In this document: positions 19,237 through 29,158 of the stretch, one piece after another
How positions within the stretch are numbered: the stretch's first letter is position 1
Layout of the letters: each line of letters opens with the position of its first letter
NCBI GenBank assembly: GCA_028716165.1
Contig: JAQUQI010000002.1
Span: forward strand, 183,829-247,828
Length of the DNA stretch: 64,000 bases
Source of the DNA: Candidatus Omnitrophota bacterium
GTDB taxonomy: Bacteria > Omnitrophota > Gorgyraeia > JABMRG01
Reading direction: 5' to 3'
Notes under the pieces: model-generated
What the model was told of the DNA's origin: nothing
What the model saw: only the letters and a program-made list of their open reading frames with translations
Databases searched by the model: none
Program-made: the position numbers and the translations under genes

Positions 19237-20081
19237 AGAGACACGCCCTCTCCGGAGCCGTTTTTGATAGCGTCTTCAATGATAAGCTCCTTAAGCTGTT
19301 TGATGGCCCTAAACTCTATCTGACGAACCCGCTCTTTTGTTATTTTAAGTTTTTTGGCGATTTCCTGCAGTGTGAGAATATCGTTGCCGTCTATACCAAA
19401 TCTCAAAAGCAGTATCCTCTTGTCTCTATCGCGCAAACAGGTAAGCAGTTTCTGTATTCTTTCATCCCTGAAAGTTTCAGCCAATCTCTCATCAGGTAAT
19501 GTAGCCGACTCATCCTCAATAAGCTCTAAAAATTTACCCGTGTCTTCATCACCTATAGGGGTTTCTATTGATGTCGGCTGGACATTGGCTATCCGGGCTA
19601 TCTTGTTTATCTTTTTTTCAGACAGCCGCATCTTTCTGGCTATTTCTTTGGCAGTAGGCGTGCGGGAATGCTTATGGTTGAGTTCTTCTATAGCCTTTTT
19701 ATAACGCACTATCAGTTCATTCATATATACAGGCACCCTGATAGTCTTTGCCTGGTTTGAGATGGCCCTCATCATATATTGTTTTATCCACCAGGCGGCA
19801 TATGTGGAAAACCTGTAACCTTTTTTGGGGTCAAATTTCTTTACAGCCTTCATAAGGCCCATATTACCCTCTTCAATAAGGTCAAGCAGAGGAAGCCCTG
19901 TATATATAAATTTTTTCGCGATACTTACCACAAGCCTTAAGTTGGACTGTATCATAAGCCTTGTCGCGCGGAGCTCATTCCTCTTGATACGCGTAGAAAG
20001 TTTTATCTCCTCGTCATGGCTTAACAGGGGAAAACTCTCTATGTCCTTAAAATAAAGCATCAGGACACTCTTATCGGGCAT
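19233..20081 (-). CDS. Sigma-70 family RNA polymerase sigma factor (RpoD/RpoS-like, regions 2-4, no region 1.1)
   Basis: 282 aa. FDPKKGYRFSTYAAWWIKQ (region 2.2-2.4), region 3, and region 4 LTLQEIAKKLKITKERVRQIE. Confidence 0.75.
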   Translation of the reverse strand: MPDKSVLMLYFKDIESFPLLSHDEEIKLSTRIKRNELRATRLMIQSNLRLVVSIAKKFIYTGLPLLDLIEEGNMGLMKAVKKFDPKKGYRFSTYAAWWIKQYMMRAISNQAKTIRVPVYMNELIVRYKKAIEELNHKHSRTPTAKEIARKMRLSEKKINKIARIANVQPTSIETPIGDEDTGKFLELIEDESATLPDERLAETFRDERIQKLLTCLRDRDKRILLLRFGIDGNDILTLQEIAKKLKITKERVRQIEFRAIKQLKELIIEDAIKNGSGEGVSL

Positions 20082-20220
20082 ATTGTAGTCTCCTGTTCAA
20101 AAAAAGTTTTACTTGTTGTCCAAATCAATATCTTTCAAGGTATCAAACGTATTTACGCCTCCAGGCAGGCTTTTTTAAAAAGCTTTGCCCGGAGGCACCA
20201 TCACGCTTGAACAATAGACG

Positions 20221-22890
20221 TTATTTCTTTAAAACAGCATGCGCCGCGGCCAATCTTGCCACAGGCACACGGTATGGCGAACAGCTTACATAGTCCAGGC
20301 CTATCTTGTGGCAGAATTCAACGCTGGCTGGATCTCCGCCGTGTTCACCGCAGATACCGATTTTAAGGCCCGGCTTAACCGACCTGCCGCGGTCAACGCC
20401 TATTTTCATGAACTGGCCTATGCCTGCCGTGTCAATCGTGGCAAACGGGTCATTTTCAAGTATGCCGTCCTGTATATAAGAGGGCAAAAACTTTCCTACA
20501 TCATCCCTTGAAAAACCAAAACCCATCTGTGTCAGGTCATTGGTACCGAAGCTAAAGAACTCTGCCTCGGCGGCAATTTCATTGGCTGTAAGCGCGGCGC
20601 GGGGTATCTCTATCATGGTGCCTATGAGATACTGCATACGCACTTTATGCTTGGCCAAAACCGACTGGCATACTTCTTCGGCATGTTTTTTCGTGAATAT
20701 AAGTTCATTGACATGGCCGACAAGAGGTATCATTATTTCGGGTATTATTTTCTGCCCGTTCTTGGCAAGCTCGCATGCCGCTTCCATTATGGCCCGCACC
20801 TGCATCCTGTATATCTCGGGATACGTGATACCGAGCCTGCATCCGCGGTGGCCGAGCATGGGATTAAGCTCGTGCAGTTTCTGGCATACTGTCAATATTT
20901 GTTTCCTGTCAACCTTCATCATCCTTGCCATCTCATCTACGTCTTTATCTGTATTGGGCAAGAATTCATGAAGCGGCGGGTCAAGAAGCCTGATTGTCAC
21001 AGGTTTTCCTTTCATTACTTTGAATATGCCTTTAAAGTCGTTTTTCTGGAAAGGCATAAGTTTGGAAAGCGCCTTTTCACGGCTTTCCTTGTCTTCGGCA
21101 AGTATCATTTCCCTGACAAGAGGTATCCTTTCTTTGCCAAAGAACATATGCTCTGTTCTGCAAAGCCCGATGCCTTCGGCGCCGAAATTAACGGCCACTT
21201 CGGCATCAAGGGGCGTGTCGGCATTGGTCCTGACCTTGAGCTTTCTGACTTTATCAGCCCAATCCATCAGTATCTTGAAACTGCCCGTTACCTTAGGCTC
21301 AATAAGATTTACCTGGCCGAGTATGACCTCGCCGGTATTTCCATTAAGCGTTATATAATCGCCTTCAACTATTTTTTTGTCTTTGGCGATAAAGTATTTG
21401 TCCTTTACGTGAACAGATATGCCGTTACAGCCTACCACACAGCATTTACCCATACCGCGCCCTACAACAGCGGCGTGCGATGTCATGCCGCCAAAGGCCG
21501 TCAATATGCCCTGTGCCACAGCCATACCGCCTATGTCATCAGGGGATGTCTCAAGCCTTACAAGCACGACCTTTTCGCCTTTACCTGCCAATTCTTCGGC
21601 CCTATCAGCGGTAAACACGACCTTGCCGACAGCAGCGCCCGGTGAAGCCGGAAGGCCTTTGGCAATAGGGCTTACCTTCGCCTTTGGGTCTATCATCGGA
21701 TGAAGCATCTGATCAAGCTGGCTTGGCTGGACCCTTAAAACAGCCTGTTCTTTTGTAATAAGGCCTTCGGATACCATGTCAACAGCAATCTTGAGGGCCG
21801 CTTGCGCGGTGCGCTTGCCATTCCTGGTCTGAAGCATATAAAGCTTTTTCTCCTGGATGGTAAACTCTATATCCTGCATGTCCTTGTAATGGCGCTCAAG
21901 TTTCTTGTATATGGAAACCAGCTCAAGATACGCCCTCGGCATGGTCTTTTTGAGGTCATCTATCGGATGCGGCGTCCTTATACCGGCAACAACGTCTTCT
22001 CCCTGGGCATTCATCAGATATTCGCCATAAAACTTTTTAGCGCCTGTGCCGGGGTCTCTTGTAAAAGCGACACCGGTGCCTGAATCTTCGCCGAGGTTAC
22101 CGTAAACCATGGTTTGTATATTAACGGCTGTCCCCCAGGTATGCGGTATATTATTTAAGTTTCTATATTTTATCGCGCGGTCATTGTTCCATGAGCCGAA
22201 TACGGCGTCTATGGCCATCTTCAACTGCCGCATGGGATCTTCTGGAAAAGAAAACCCTTTTTCCTTTTTTATCAACGCCTTATATTTAGATACGATATCT
22301 TTTAAGTCATTCGTATCAAGTTCCGTGTCAAGCTTGACGTTTTTCTGGACCTTTTTCGCATGCAGTATCTCTTCAAACTTGGCATGCTCAACGTCAAGAA
22401 CGACATCGCCGAACATCTGGCAGAACCTGCGATAGGCGTCATAGGCAAAACGCTCATTACCGGATTTCTCGGCAAGCCCTTTAACGGATGTATCATTTAA
22501 CCCAAGGTTAAGCACCGTGTCCATCATACCCGGCATAGACACCCTGGCGCCTGACCGCACCGATACCAAAAGCGGGTCTTTAGGATCGCCGAGTTTCTTG
22601 CCCATTACGGATTCCAGCTTGCGCAGGTTATTTTCCACCTGCTCCATCATGCCCTGGGGGTACTTTTTATTGTTTTCATAAAATTTTATACACGCCTCTG
22701 TTGTTATGGTAAATCCCGGAGGCACAGGTATGCCCATAAGCGCCATTTCGGCAAGATTAGAGCCCTTGCCGCCGATAAGATTTTTCATAGACGCGTTTCC
22801 CTCGGTCTTATTGCCTCCGAAGAAGTAAACGTATTTTAACTTCTTGCCGGACTTGACCGCCTTTTTCTTTGATGCGACTGCAACTGCCAT
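20221..22890 (-). CDS. ppdK: Pyruvate, phosphate dikinase
   Basis: 889 aa. N-terminal KYVYFFGG..EG..SMKNLIGGKGSNLAEM. Phospho-His region GGMTSHAAVVGRGMGKCCVVGC. C-terminal PEP-utilising domain. Confidence 0.9.
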   Translation of the reverse strand: MAVAVASKKKAVKSGKKLKYVYFFGGNKTEGNASMKNLIGGKGSNLAEMALMGIPVPPGFTITTEACIKFYENNKKYPQGMMEQVENNLRKLESVMGKKLGDPKDPLLVSVRSGARVSMPGMMDTVLNLGLNDTSVKGLAEKSGNERFAYDAYRRFCQMFGDVVLDVEHAKFEEILHAKKVQKNVKLDTELDTNDLKDIVSKYKALIKKEKGFSFPEDPMRQLKMAIDAVFGSWNNDRAIKYRNLNNIPHTWGTAVNIQTMVYGNLGEDSGTGVAFTRDPGTGAKKFYGEYLMNAQGEDVVAGIRTPHPIDDLKKTMPRAYLELVSIYKKLERHYKDMQDIEFTIQEKKLYMLQTRNGKRTAQAALKIAVDMVSEGLITKEQAVLRVQPSQLDQMLHPMIDPKAKVSPIAKGLPASPGAAVGKVVFTADRAEELAGKGEKVVLVRLETSPDDIGGMAVAQGILTAFGGMTSHAAVVGRGMGKCCVVGCNGISVHVKDKYFIAKDKKIVEGDYITLNGNTGEVILGQVNLIEPKVTGSFKILMDWADKVRKLKVRTNADTPLDAEVAVNFGAEGIGLCRTEHMFFGKERIPLVREMILAEDKESREKALSKLMPFQKNDFKGIFKVMKGKPVTIRLLDPPLHEFLPNTDKDVDEMARMMKVDRKQILTVCQKLHELNPMLGHRGCRLGITYPEIYRMQVRAIMEAACELAKNGQKIIPEIMIPLVGHVNELIFTKKHAEEVCQSVLAKHKVRMQYLIGTMIEIPRAALTANEIAAEAEFFSFGTNDLTQMGFGFSRDDVGKFLPSYIQDGILENDPFATIDTAGIGQFMKIGVDRGRSVKPGLKIGICGEHGGDPASVEFCHKIGLDYVSCSPYRVPVARLAAAHAVLKK

Positions 22891-22944
22891 TTACTCTTCC
22901 TCCTTTAAATCAGCGCCTTTGCCTTTTAGAGCAAACAGTTCGCC

Positions 22945-25101
22945 TTATTTACCCTGCCGCGGTTTTACAGCAGGGCCTTTGCGTGAATTATCTTTATTTT
23001 CAACCGCTATCAATGACAAATTCGCTATATTGTCCGTATAAAGCTTATTGATAGCGGACAACAAGGCCAAACGGTTGGCCCTGACACGCTTATCGTCAAC
23101 GTTTACCATCACTTTATCAAAATAATCCCCAAGATCGCCGGATAGCGCCGCTGCAATATTATCCGTCGCTTTGGAGAAAAGGCCCTCTTTGCATAGAGCC
23201 ATAAATTCGTCTTTTGTGTTGTTAAACCCGCCAAAGACCTTATTTTCCTGTTCCTGGGAAAACAATTTTTCGTCTATCTCCGGAAGGCTTATGCCCGCCG
23301 CCGCGACGATATTGTGTGTCCTTTCAACAATAACACGCGCCTGTTCAAATTCAGGACTATTGATTATACTATTTAACTCATTTAATTTCAAGCAAGTTTT
23401 ATATATATCATCCGCTCCGCTTGCCATTACGGATTCTATCAGGTCATGGCGGTATTGCCCCTTAGCTTTCAGGATTGATACAAGCCTGTCTTTTAAAAAT
23501 AATTGTATTGCCTGCCGGCATTTGGATTTTGTTTCAGAGCCGGCATACTGCTCAAGGCAGAAGTCAATGACCCCTGATAAAGACAATGATTTTTTAGTTT
23601 CCATGAGGATCAAAATTATTCCTATTGCCTGGCGCCTTAAAGCGTATGGATCCCAATTACCTTTGGGGGATTTGCCTATGCTAAAATAAGACACGATATT
23701 ATCAAATTTATCGGCAAGCGAAAACAGCGAACCCATATCCGTGGAAGGCAGTTTGTCCGAGGCAAAACGCGGAAGATAGTGCTCGGATATGGCCCGGGAA
23801 ACAGCGTCTGGATATCCGCTGTCCTTGGCGTAATACATGCCCATAATTCCCTGCAGGCTCGGGAATTCTCTGACCATAGACGTAAGCAGGTCTGCCTTAA
23901 GCAAAGGCGCGGCCTTGGCAATATCATTTTCATCAATGCCGGGATAATAATTCCGCGATATAAAGAGCGCTATTTTTTTTATCCTTTGCGCCTTATCGTG
24001 AATTGTCCCCAGGCCTTTGTAAAAAACTATGCCGTCAAGGCCTTGTGCCCATTCCGTAAGCGGCTTTTTTGTGTCTGATTTATAGAAAAACAGCGCGTCT
24101 TTAAGTCTTGCCTCAAGAACGTTTTCAAAGTTTTTGATTATTTGTTTTGTGTTTTTTTTGGCCCCGTTCAATACCCCTGCGAAGCGGCTGGCAAGGGCTG
24201 AATTTTTATCTTCAAGGCAGAATATCCTCTGATGTTTGGACATGGCGGCAAGCAGGACCTCGCGCGGTATCTGAAGATATTTTTTGTCAAAAGAGCCTTC
24301 TATAAAACAGGGCTTTTCAACGAGATTGACCACCTCGGAAAGCAATTCGTCATTTGGATGCCAGCGTTTTTTCTCAAGGAAAGAAAGAATGATCTTTCTT
24401 CGCTCATTATTGTCCCAGACAACATGATTTTTCTTAAGAGTTTTAAAATAATGGCAGGGATTTTTTACTTTTATAAAATCCCTGCCGAGAAACCTGTGGC
24501 CGCGGGTGGCATTTGACGATTTTATGCCGGCATATTCAAACGACAATACCTTGTCTCCGAACAGGGCCACAATCCATCTGATGGGCCTTGAAAAAGCCGC
24601 CCCTGTGCCATTCCATCTCATTGTTTTGGCAAAATTCATAAGGCCTGCTATTTTGGCAAGCGCAGAAGGCAGTATTCCGGCATTTGATATATCCTGTCTT
24701 TTGATTGAAACCCTCAAATCTCCGGAGCCGGCGGCGGCAGGCTTTATAATGTCGCTTATAGCGGCATTGTTCTTTTTAAGAAACGCCTCCAGGGCCTTGG
24801 TCGGCCTGTTCTGCTCATCATAGGCTATCCTTACAGGCGGGCCTTCAATAAGCATATCCTGGCAAAGCGGTATATCGCTTATATGCAGTATAAGCCTGCG
24901 CGGCGTCGCGTAGGCGGATGCCTTGCTGTATTTTATATTGTTTGAGAGAAATAAAGCCTCTATGGGACTGCCTTTACGAAAAGCCAGCGACTCAAGCGCC
25001 GCGTCAAGGTCATGGGACGGCAGTTCCTCTGTGCCTATTTCAAGTATCAGATCTGTTGTGCTCATTTTGTTCCATGTAAAGCCTGGCGCAGGCGCGGGCA
25101 A
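22945..25101 (-). CDS. glyS: Glycine--tRNA ligase beta subunit
   Basis: Typical GlyS start DLILEIGTEELP. The true start is probably the Met at about 25065, giving a small overlap with glyQ. Confidence 0.85.
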   Translation of the reverse strand: MPAPAPGFTWNKMSTTDLILEIGTEELPSHDLDAALESLAFRKGSPIEALFLSNNIKYSKASAYATPRRLILHISDIPLCQDMLIEGPPVRIAYDEQNRPTKALEAFLKKNNAAISDIIKPAAAGSGDLRVSIKRQDISNAGILPSALAKIAGLMNFAKTMRWNGTGAAFSRPIRWIVALFGDKVLSFEYAGIKSSNATRGHRFLGRDFIKVKNPCHYFKTLKKNHVVWDNNERRKIILSFLEKKRWHPNDELLSEVVNLVEKPCFIEGSFDKKYLQIPREVLLAAMSKHQRIFCLEDKNSALASRFAGVLNGAKKNTKQIIKNFENVLEARLKDALFFYKSDTKKPLTEWAQGLDGIVFYKGLGTIHDKAQRIKKIALFISRNYYPGIDENDIAKAAPLLKADLLTSMVREFPSLQGIMGMYYAKDSGYPDAVSRAISEHYLPRFASDKLPSTDMGSLFSLADKFDNIVSYFSIGKSPKGNWDPYALRRQAIGIILILMETKKSLSLSGVIDFCLEQYAGSETKSKCRQAIQLFLKDRLVSILKAKGQYRHDLIESVMASGADDIYKTCLKLNELNSIINSPEFEQARVIVERTHNIVAAAGISLPEIDEKLFSQEQENKVFGGFNNTKDEFMALCKEGLFSKATDNIAAALSGDLGDYFDKVMVNVDDKRVRANRLALLSAINKLYTDNIANLSLIAVENKDNSRKGPAVKPRQGK

Positions 25102-25903
25102 GTTCGCGCACCCTGGCTATATAAGAAGCTCTCTCGGTAACCGAGACCGCGCCGCGGGCATCTAAAAGGTTAAAGGTATGTGATGTTTTAAGCATATATT
25201 CATAAGCAGGAAGCAGAAGCCCGGTTTTTATAAGCCTGGCTGATTCTTTCTCATAAATATCAAAAAGCCCTGCCGCCATTACGGGATCAAGTTGTTCAAA
25301 ATTGTACGCGGAGCCTTCTTTTTCCTGTTGATAATGCATATCCGCGTATGTAGTATCCTTGTTCCATTGTATGGAAAAAACATCGGTTTTACGCTGTAAA
25401 AACATGGCTATTCTCTCAAGCCCGTATGTTATCTCACACGAAACATTCTTAAGCTCAATTCCGCCCATCTGCTGGAAATATGTAAATTGCGTTATCTCAA
25501 GGCTGTCAAGCCAGACCTCCCAGCCAAGCCCGCTGGCTCCAAGCGTAGGCGATTCCCAGTCATCCTGGACAAACCTTATGTCATGCTGTCTGCAGTCTAT
25601 GCCGATATGACGCAGGCTGGCAAGGTATGATTCCTGTATATCGCAAGGAGCGGGTTTTATCAGGACCTGATACTGATAGTATCTCTGCATCCTTAAAGGG
25701 TTATCGGCAAACCTTCCGTCAGCCGGCCTGCGCGAAGGCTGGACGAAGCCTACACGCCATGGTTTATCGTCAAGGCTTTTGAAAAAAGTCAAAGGATGAA
25801 ATGTGCCTGCACCGATTTCAATATCATAGCCATGGGCTATTACCGCGCCGGCCTGTTTCCAGAATCCGTTAAGCCTTTCTATAATATCATGAAAATATAT
25901 CAT
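25040..25903 (-). CDS. glyQ: Glycine--tRNA ligase alpha subunit
   Basis: 287 aa. FQDIIERLNGFW... highly conserved GlyQ sequence. Confidence 0.9.
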   Translation of the reverse strand: MIYFHDIIERLNGFWKQAGAVIAHGYDIEIGAGTFHPLTFFKSLDDKPWRVGFVQPSRRPADGRFADNPLRMQRYYQYQVLIKPAPCDIQESYLASLRHIGIDCRQHDIRFVQDDWESPTLGASGLGWEVWLDSLEITQFTYFQQMGGIELKNVSCEITYGLERIAMFLQRKTDVFSIQWNKDTTYADMHYQQEKEGSAYNFEQLDPVMAAGLFDIYEKESARLIKTGLLLPAYEYMLKTSHTFNLLDARGAVSVTERASYIARVRELARACARLYMEQNEHNRSDT

Positions 25904-25924
25904 AATGTCCTTGTGCTATTTCTT

Positions 25925-26263
25925 GCGCTCGCCTGCCCGTCACGCAAGGGGCAGTACCAGATCCTTCGCGGCCTACTCTGGCCTCGCCTCCTGCCGCTCT
26001 GGATGACAGACAGAGTACGTCTATCATTCCGAGCGAAGCGAGGAATCTAATACTTGTCTGCCCGCTACGCAAGGGGCAGTACCAGATCCTTCGCGGCCAA
26101 GGCGTGCTCTGCCTTCCGCCGCTCTGGATGACATAATATGACTCGTGCCCCGCTTATTGCCGCTCTGGATGACATAATATGACTCATGCCCCGCTTATTG
26201 CCGCTCTGGATGACAGACAGAGTACGTCTGTCATTCCGAGCGAAGCGAGGAATCTAATACTCG
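25925..26263. repeat. Mosaic repeat array 8, with an internal 41-bp tandem duplication (26119-26200)
   Basis: Direct reading. ORFs 25887..26072, 26179..26511 (5' part) and 26184..26369 are repeat-derived. Confidence 0.85.
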
Positions 26264-26265
26264 CC

Positions 26266-26838
26266 TTACTCATCAATACTTGTCTCAACATGTTGCGCCA
26301 TAAGCTCGCCAACCTGATACGGCACCTTGGTAATAAAATAATGCTCGGTGATAACATGGCCCAGCTCATGCGCCATGATACCGCGCGCTATGGTGCTTTC
26401 GCAGGTATATATTGTTTTGAGAGCATGTATATAATAAGATACCAGTTCCTGGCCTTCTATTTTTTTACCAATCCGGACAAGGTTGTCATTAAGCTGTTTT
26501 TGATTTTTTAATATCCTTATATCAATCTTGACATTTCTCGGATACATATCCAATATTCTGCAAGCCTTTAAGAAAAGGCTGTCAAATTCATCGGCAAAGC
26601 CTTTGTCTGTATAAGGTTTTGATGAGCCGAACAATCCAAACAATGAGTCACCCGATGAAGCTATGCGCCTAAAAGTTTTTTCCTTATTGACATCAGCGCC
26701 TACAATAAGCCTTACATATTTGCCGTCAATGTATTGCGCTAAGGTTTCAGAATTTGTATCCTGCCCAAGGCAAATGCCCACGTTCAAAAGACAGGCGGCC
26801 AGGCAAAGAGATATCGCGATCCCCGTCGTTTTAATCAT
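26266..26838 (-). CDS. Lipoprotein with HExxH motif (putative zinc metallopeptidase)
   Basis: 190 aa. Lipobox ISLCLAAC. MAHELGHVITEH near the C-terminus. Family not recognised. Confidence 0.4.
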   Translation of the reverse strand: MIKTTGIAISLCLAACLLNVGICLGQDTNSETLAQYIDGKYVRLIVGADVNKEKTFRRIASSGDSLFGLFGSSKPYTDKGFADEFDSLFLKACRILDMYPRNVKIDIRILKNQKQLNDNLVRIGKKIEGQELVSYYIHALKTIYTCESTIARGIMAHELGHVITEHYFITKVPYQVGELMAQHVETSIDE

Positions 26839-27431
26839 TTACCGTCGGTTTTAAAATAATTTAATTTTTCAGACAGTTCTTTTATTCTGCCGGCTAAATT
26901 ACCCAGCCCGTTTTCCAGAAAATTGCCGGGATTATTCTTATCTATCTTTGATATGTCATCATTAATGCCTGACATTATTTTTTTCATCTCGGACAGCTTT
27001 TCCGATAAAACTTTTGCTATACTATTGACGCCTTCAGCCATATCCTGCGCCTGGTCTGTTGAGCGCAATTTTATATAAGCCGTAAGGTCGCCGTTTCCTA
27101 TCTGGTTCAGGCGGTGTTCTATATTAAACATAGCCCCTGCTATCCTGTGGCTCATATACATTACCACAAGAGTCGTTATGATGCCCATTACAAAAAGCAC
27201 CAAAAGGACCGCCCAGATTAATGCCGGTAAGATATAATCGGATGTATTGACTATGGAAAGGCGTGAATGGATAAATGATGTTGTAGTGCTTGACCTGGAA
27301 TACAGATAAAGCCCCAATGCCGATACCGCCAGGCCTATACCCATAAGCAGGCAGAACCTTAATATAAATATGCCCTGAAATTTCTTTTTGATAAAATAAT
27401 TTTTTCTTCTGGAGTCTTTTTGACCTATCAT
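26835..27431 (-). CDS. Membrane protein with HAMP domain
   Basis: 198 aa. Two TM segments followed by a HAMP-like linker (HRIAGAMFNIEHRLNQIGNGDLTAYIKLRSTDQAQDMAEGVN). No output domain. Confidence 0.45.
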   Translation of the reverse strand: MIGQKDSRRKNYFIKKKFQGIFILRFCLLMGIGLAVSALGLYLYSRSSTTTSFIHSRLSIVNTSDYILPALIWAVLLVLFVMGIITTLVVMYMSHRIAGAMFNIEHRLNQIGNGDLTAYIKLRSTDQAQDMAEGVNSIAKVLSEKLSEMKKIMSGINDDISKIDKNNPGNFLENGLGNLAGRIKELSEKLNYFKTDGK

Positions 27432-27898
27432 TTCGCGTCCTCCAATACGCGCAAAAACTTATCTACGCGCGCTTTTTTATACAGCTTATTATACCAACTC
27501 TGCATCATCTTGGCTTTTTCGCTGTCAGAAAGGCCTTGTTTGCCGGATATCTCCCGGTCTTTCCTGTCTAAAAGCTCTTTTCTTAGGGCATGCTTCCAGT
27601 AGCGCTCTATTGTTTTCATAAAAGTTTTTTCTTTGTCAAGGCCCAGCCTTTGCGCCTCCTGGACAAGTATTTCGTTTGCTATGATATCATCCAACATCTG
27701 CTCGCCGCTTAATACGCCTTTTTTACCCATATATGTTGTGTCAAGTTCTGACTTATAGTCTTCAACGGTCATGTAATAGTCGTTAATTCTGGCGACTGTT
27801 TTTTGGGGGTCATATTTTTTACCACAGCCGCATAAAAAAACCGGTAATATAAGAAGGACGGCTGATAAAATATTTATTATTGTTGGAAGAGTTTTCAT
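27428..27898 (-). CDS. Lipoprotein with SurA N-terminal-like chaperone domain
   Basis: 156 aa. Lipobox LPVFLCGC. VARINDYYMTVEDY...ILVQEAQRLGL resembles the SurA/PpiD N-terminal domain. Confidence 0.4.
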   Translation of the reverse strand: MKTLPTIINILSAVLLILPVFLCGCGKKYDPQKTVARINDYYMTVEDYKSELDTTYMGKKGVLSGEQMLDDIIANEILVQEAQRLGLDKEKTFMKTIERYWKHALRKELLDRKDREISGKQGLSDSEKAKMMQSWYNKLYKKARVDKFLRVLEDAK

Positions 27899-27940
27899 AT
27901 TGCCTCCAATTTTGTCAGTCTGATTATAACCCCGCCCGCT

Positions 27941-28400
27941 ATTTGGGGCAAAACGCCTGTCACTCCAAGCGCTACATCTGTCATTCCGGACGGTACATAC
28001 GGGTCAATCCCAGATCCTTCGCGGCCTACTCTGACCCCGACTCCTGCCGCTCTGGATGACAGGTGAAGTACACCTGTCATTCCGAGCGAAGCGAGGAATC
28101 TAATACTCGTCTCACTCCCAGATCCTTCGCGACCGAGGCGTGCTTTGCTTGGCTGTCGCTCTGGATGACACATGGGTCAACTTTGTCATTCAGAGGAGCG
28201 CCGAAGGCGCGACGAAGAATCTAATACTGGCTTCACTTCCAGATCCTTCGCTAACGACTCTTGCCTCGCCGGTTCCGCTCTGGATGACAGGAGCATGACG
28301 CTTACCCCGACTCCTGCCGCTCTGGATGACAGGCGGGATACTTCCCGTTGAGCACGCAGGGTGTCTCCAAATAGGACGCCTGCGATATTCGATATTGCGA
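27941..28400. repeat. Mosaic repeat array 9 (forward-orientation modules; module E reverse, CCAAATAGGACGCC, at the right end)
   Basis: Direct reading. ORF 27895..28173 is repeat-derived. Confidence 0.85.
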
Positions 28401-28402
28401 TA

Positions 28403-29158
28403 TCACTGCGATAAACTCTTTTTCATAAAATCCAGGGTTTTGAGATGCTCCCCGAGATGATAATCTATCAGCCTGTCAAGCATATTAGACAATTCAGCCA
28501 TAAGAGCGACTGTTACCATGGCGCTTGCAAGCTTTTCACAGCCCTGCCTTCTTATCATTTTTATTGAAGCGACAGCTCCTTTTGACAACGGCATTACCTG
28601 CATGTCCGATTTAAGGCATTCCTGGCACAAGAGCCCTGAAAACCTTAGGCTGAAGGCGGCATTCTGCCTTTCAATTCTCTTGCCGCAATTCATGCAGGAA
28701 TCAATCTGGGGCAAAAAACCGGTGTATTCAAGGAGCATGATCCTAAAAACAATCAGCGCTTTTTCCGTAAATTTCTCGGCGTCTAACCTGCGCAGTATCC
28801 ATTCAAGAAGCTTGTATATATCAGGGTTATCATCGCACAAAACCGTGAATTTGTCAACGAGCTCAAGGACATAAAAAGCCTTAAGCCTTTTATCAAGGTC
28901 CTGGGTTATTTTCCCAAATGGCTCCACAAGGTCGCATTGGGTAACCATATGTGTATCGGCCCTGGGCCTTTCATAAAAGATTATGTCAAACTCGGCAAAT
29001 TCATGCAGATAAGTTCCGCATCTGGCCATGGGCCCGCGGGCAGACTTGATAAGGGCTTTTATCTTGCCGAAATCCTTTGTGTAAAACGACGCTATAACGC
29101 TGGTCTCTCTTATGTCCCTTTTATAAAGCAATATAGCACGGGTCTTCTGTATACTCAC
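28403..29158 (-). CDS. recO: DNA repair protein RecO
   Basis: 251 aa. N-terminal OB-fold region (AILLYKRDIRETSVIASFYTKDFGKI) and C-terminal Cys4 zinc motif (CMNCG...CQEC). Confidence 0.8.
   Translation of the reverse strand: MSIQKTRAILLYKRDIRETSVIASFYTKDFGKIKALIKSARGPMARCGTYLHEFAEFDIIFYERPRADTHMVTQCDLVEPFGKITQDLDKRLKAFYVLELVDKFTVLCDDNPDIYKLLEWILRRLDAEKFTEKALIVFRIMLLEYTGFLPQIDSCMNCGKRIERQNAAFSLRFSGLLCQECLKSDMQVMPLSKGAVASIKMIRRQGCEKLASAMVTVALMAELSNMLDRLIDYHLGEHLKTLDFMKKSLSQ

Noticed and set aside
20150-20200. Possible Rho-independent terminator downstream of ppdK
   Set aside because: The stem is imperfect (CCTCCAGGCAGGC vs GCTTTGCCCGGAGG). The T-run sits in the loop rather than 3' of the stem on the transcribed strand.
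20647-21645. 332-aa plus-strand ORF, and other plus-strand ORFs between 20239 and 22435
   Set aside because: They are antisense to ppdK, whose product is conserved end to end. They are shadow ORFs.
23171-23689. 172-aa plus-strand ORF, and neighbouring plus-strand ORFs to 25165
   Set aside because: They are antisense to glyS/glyQ.
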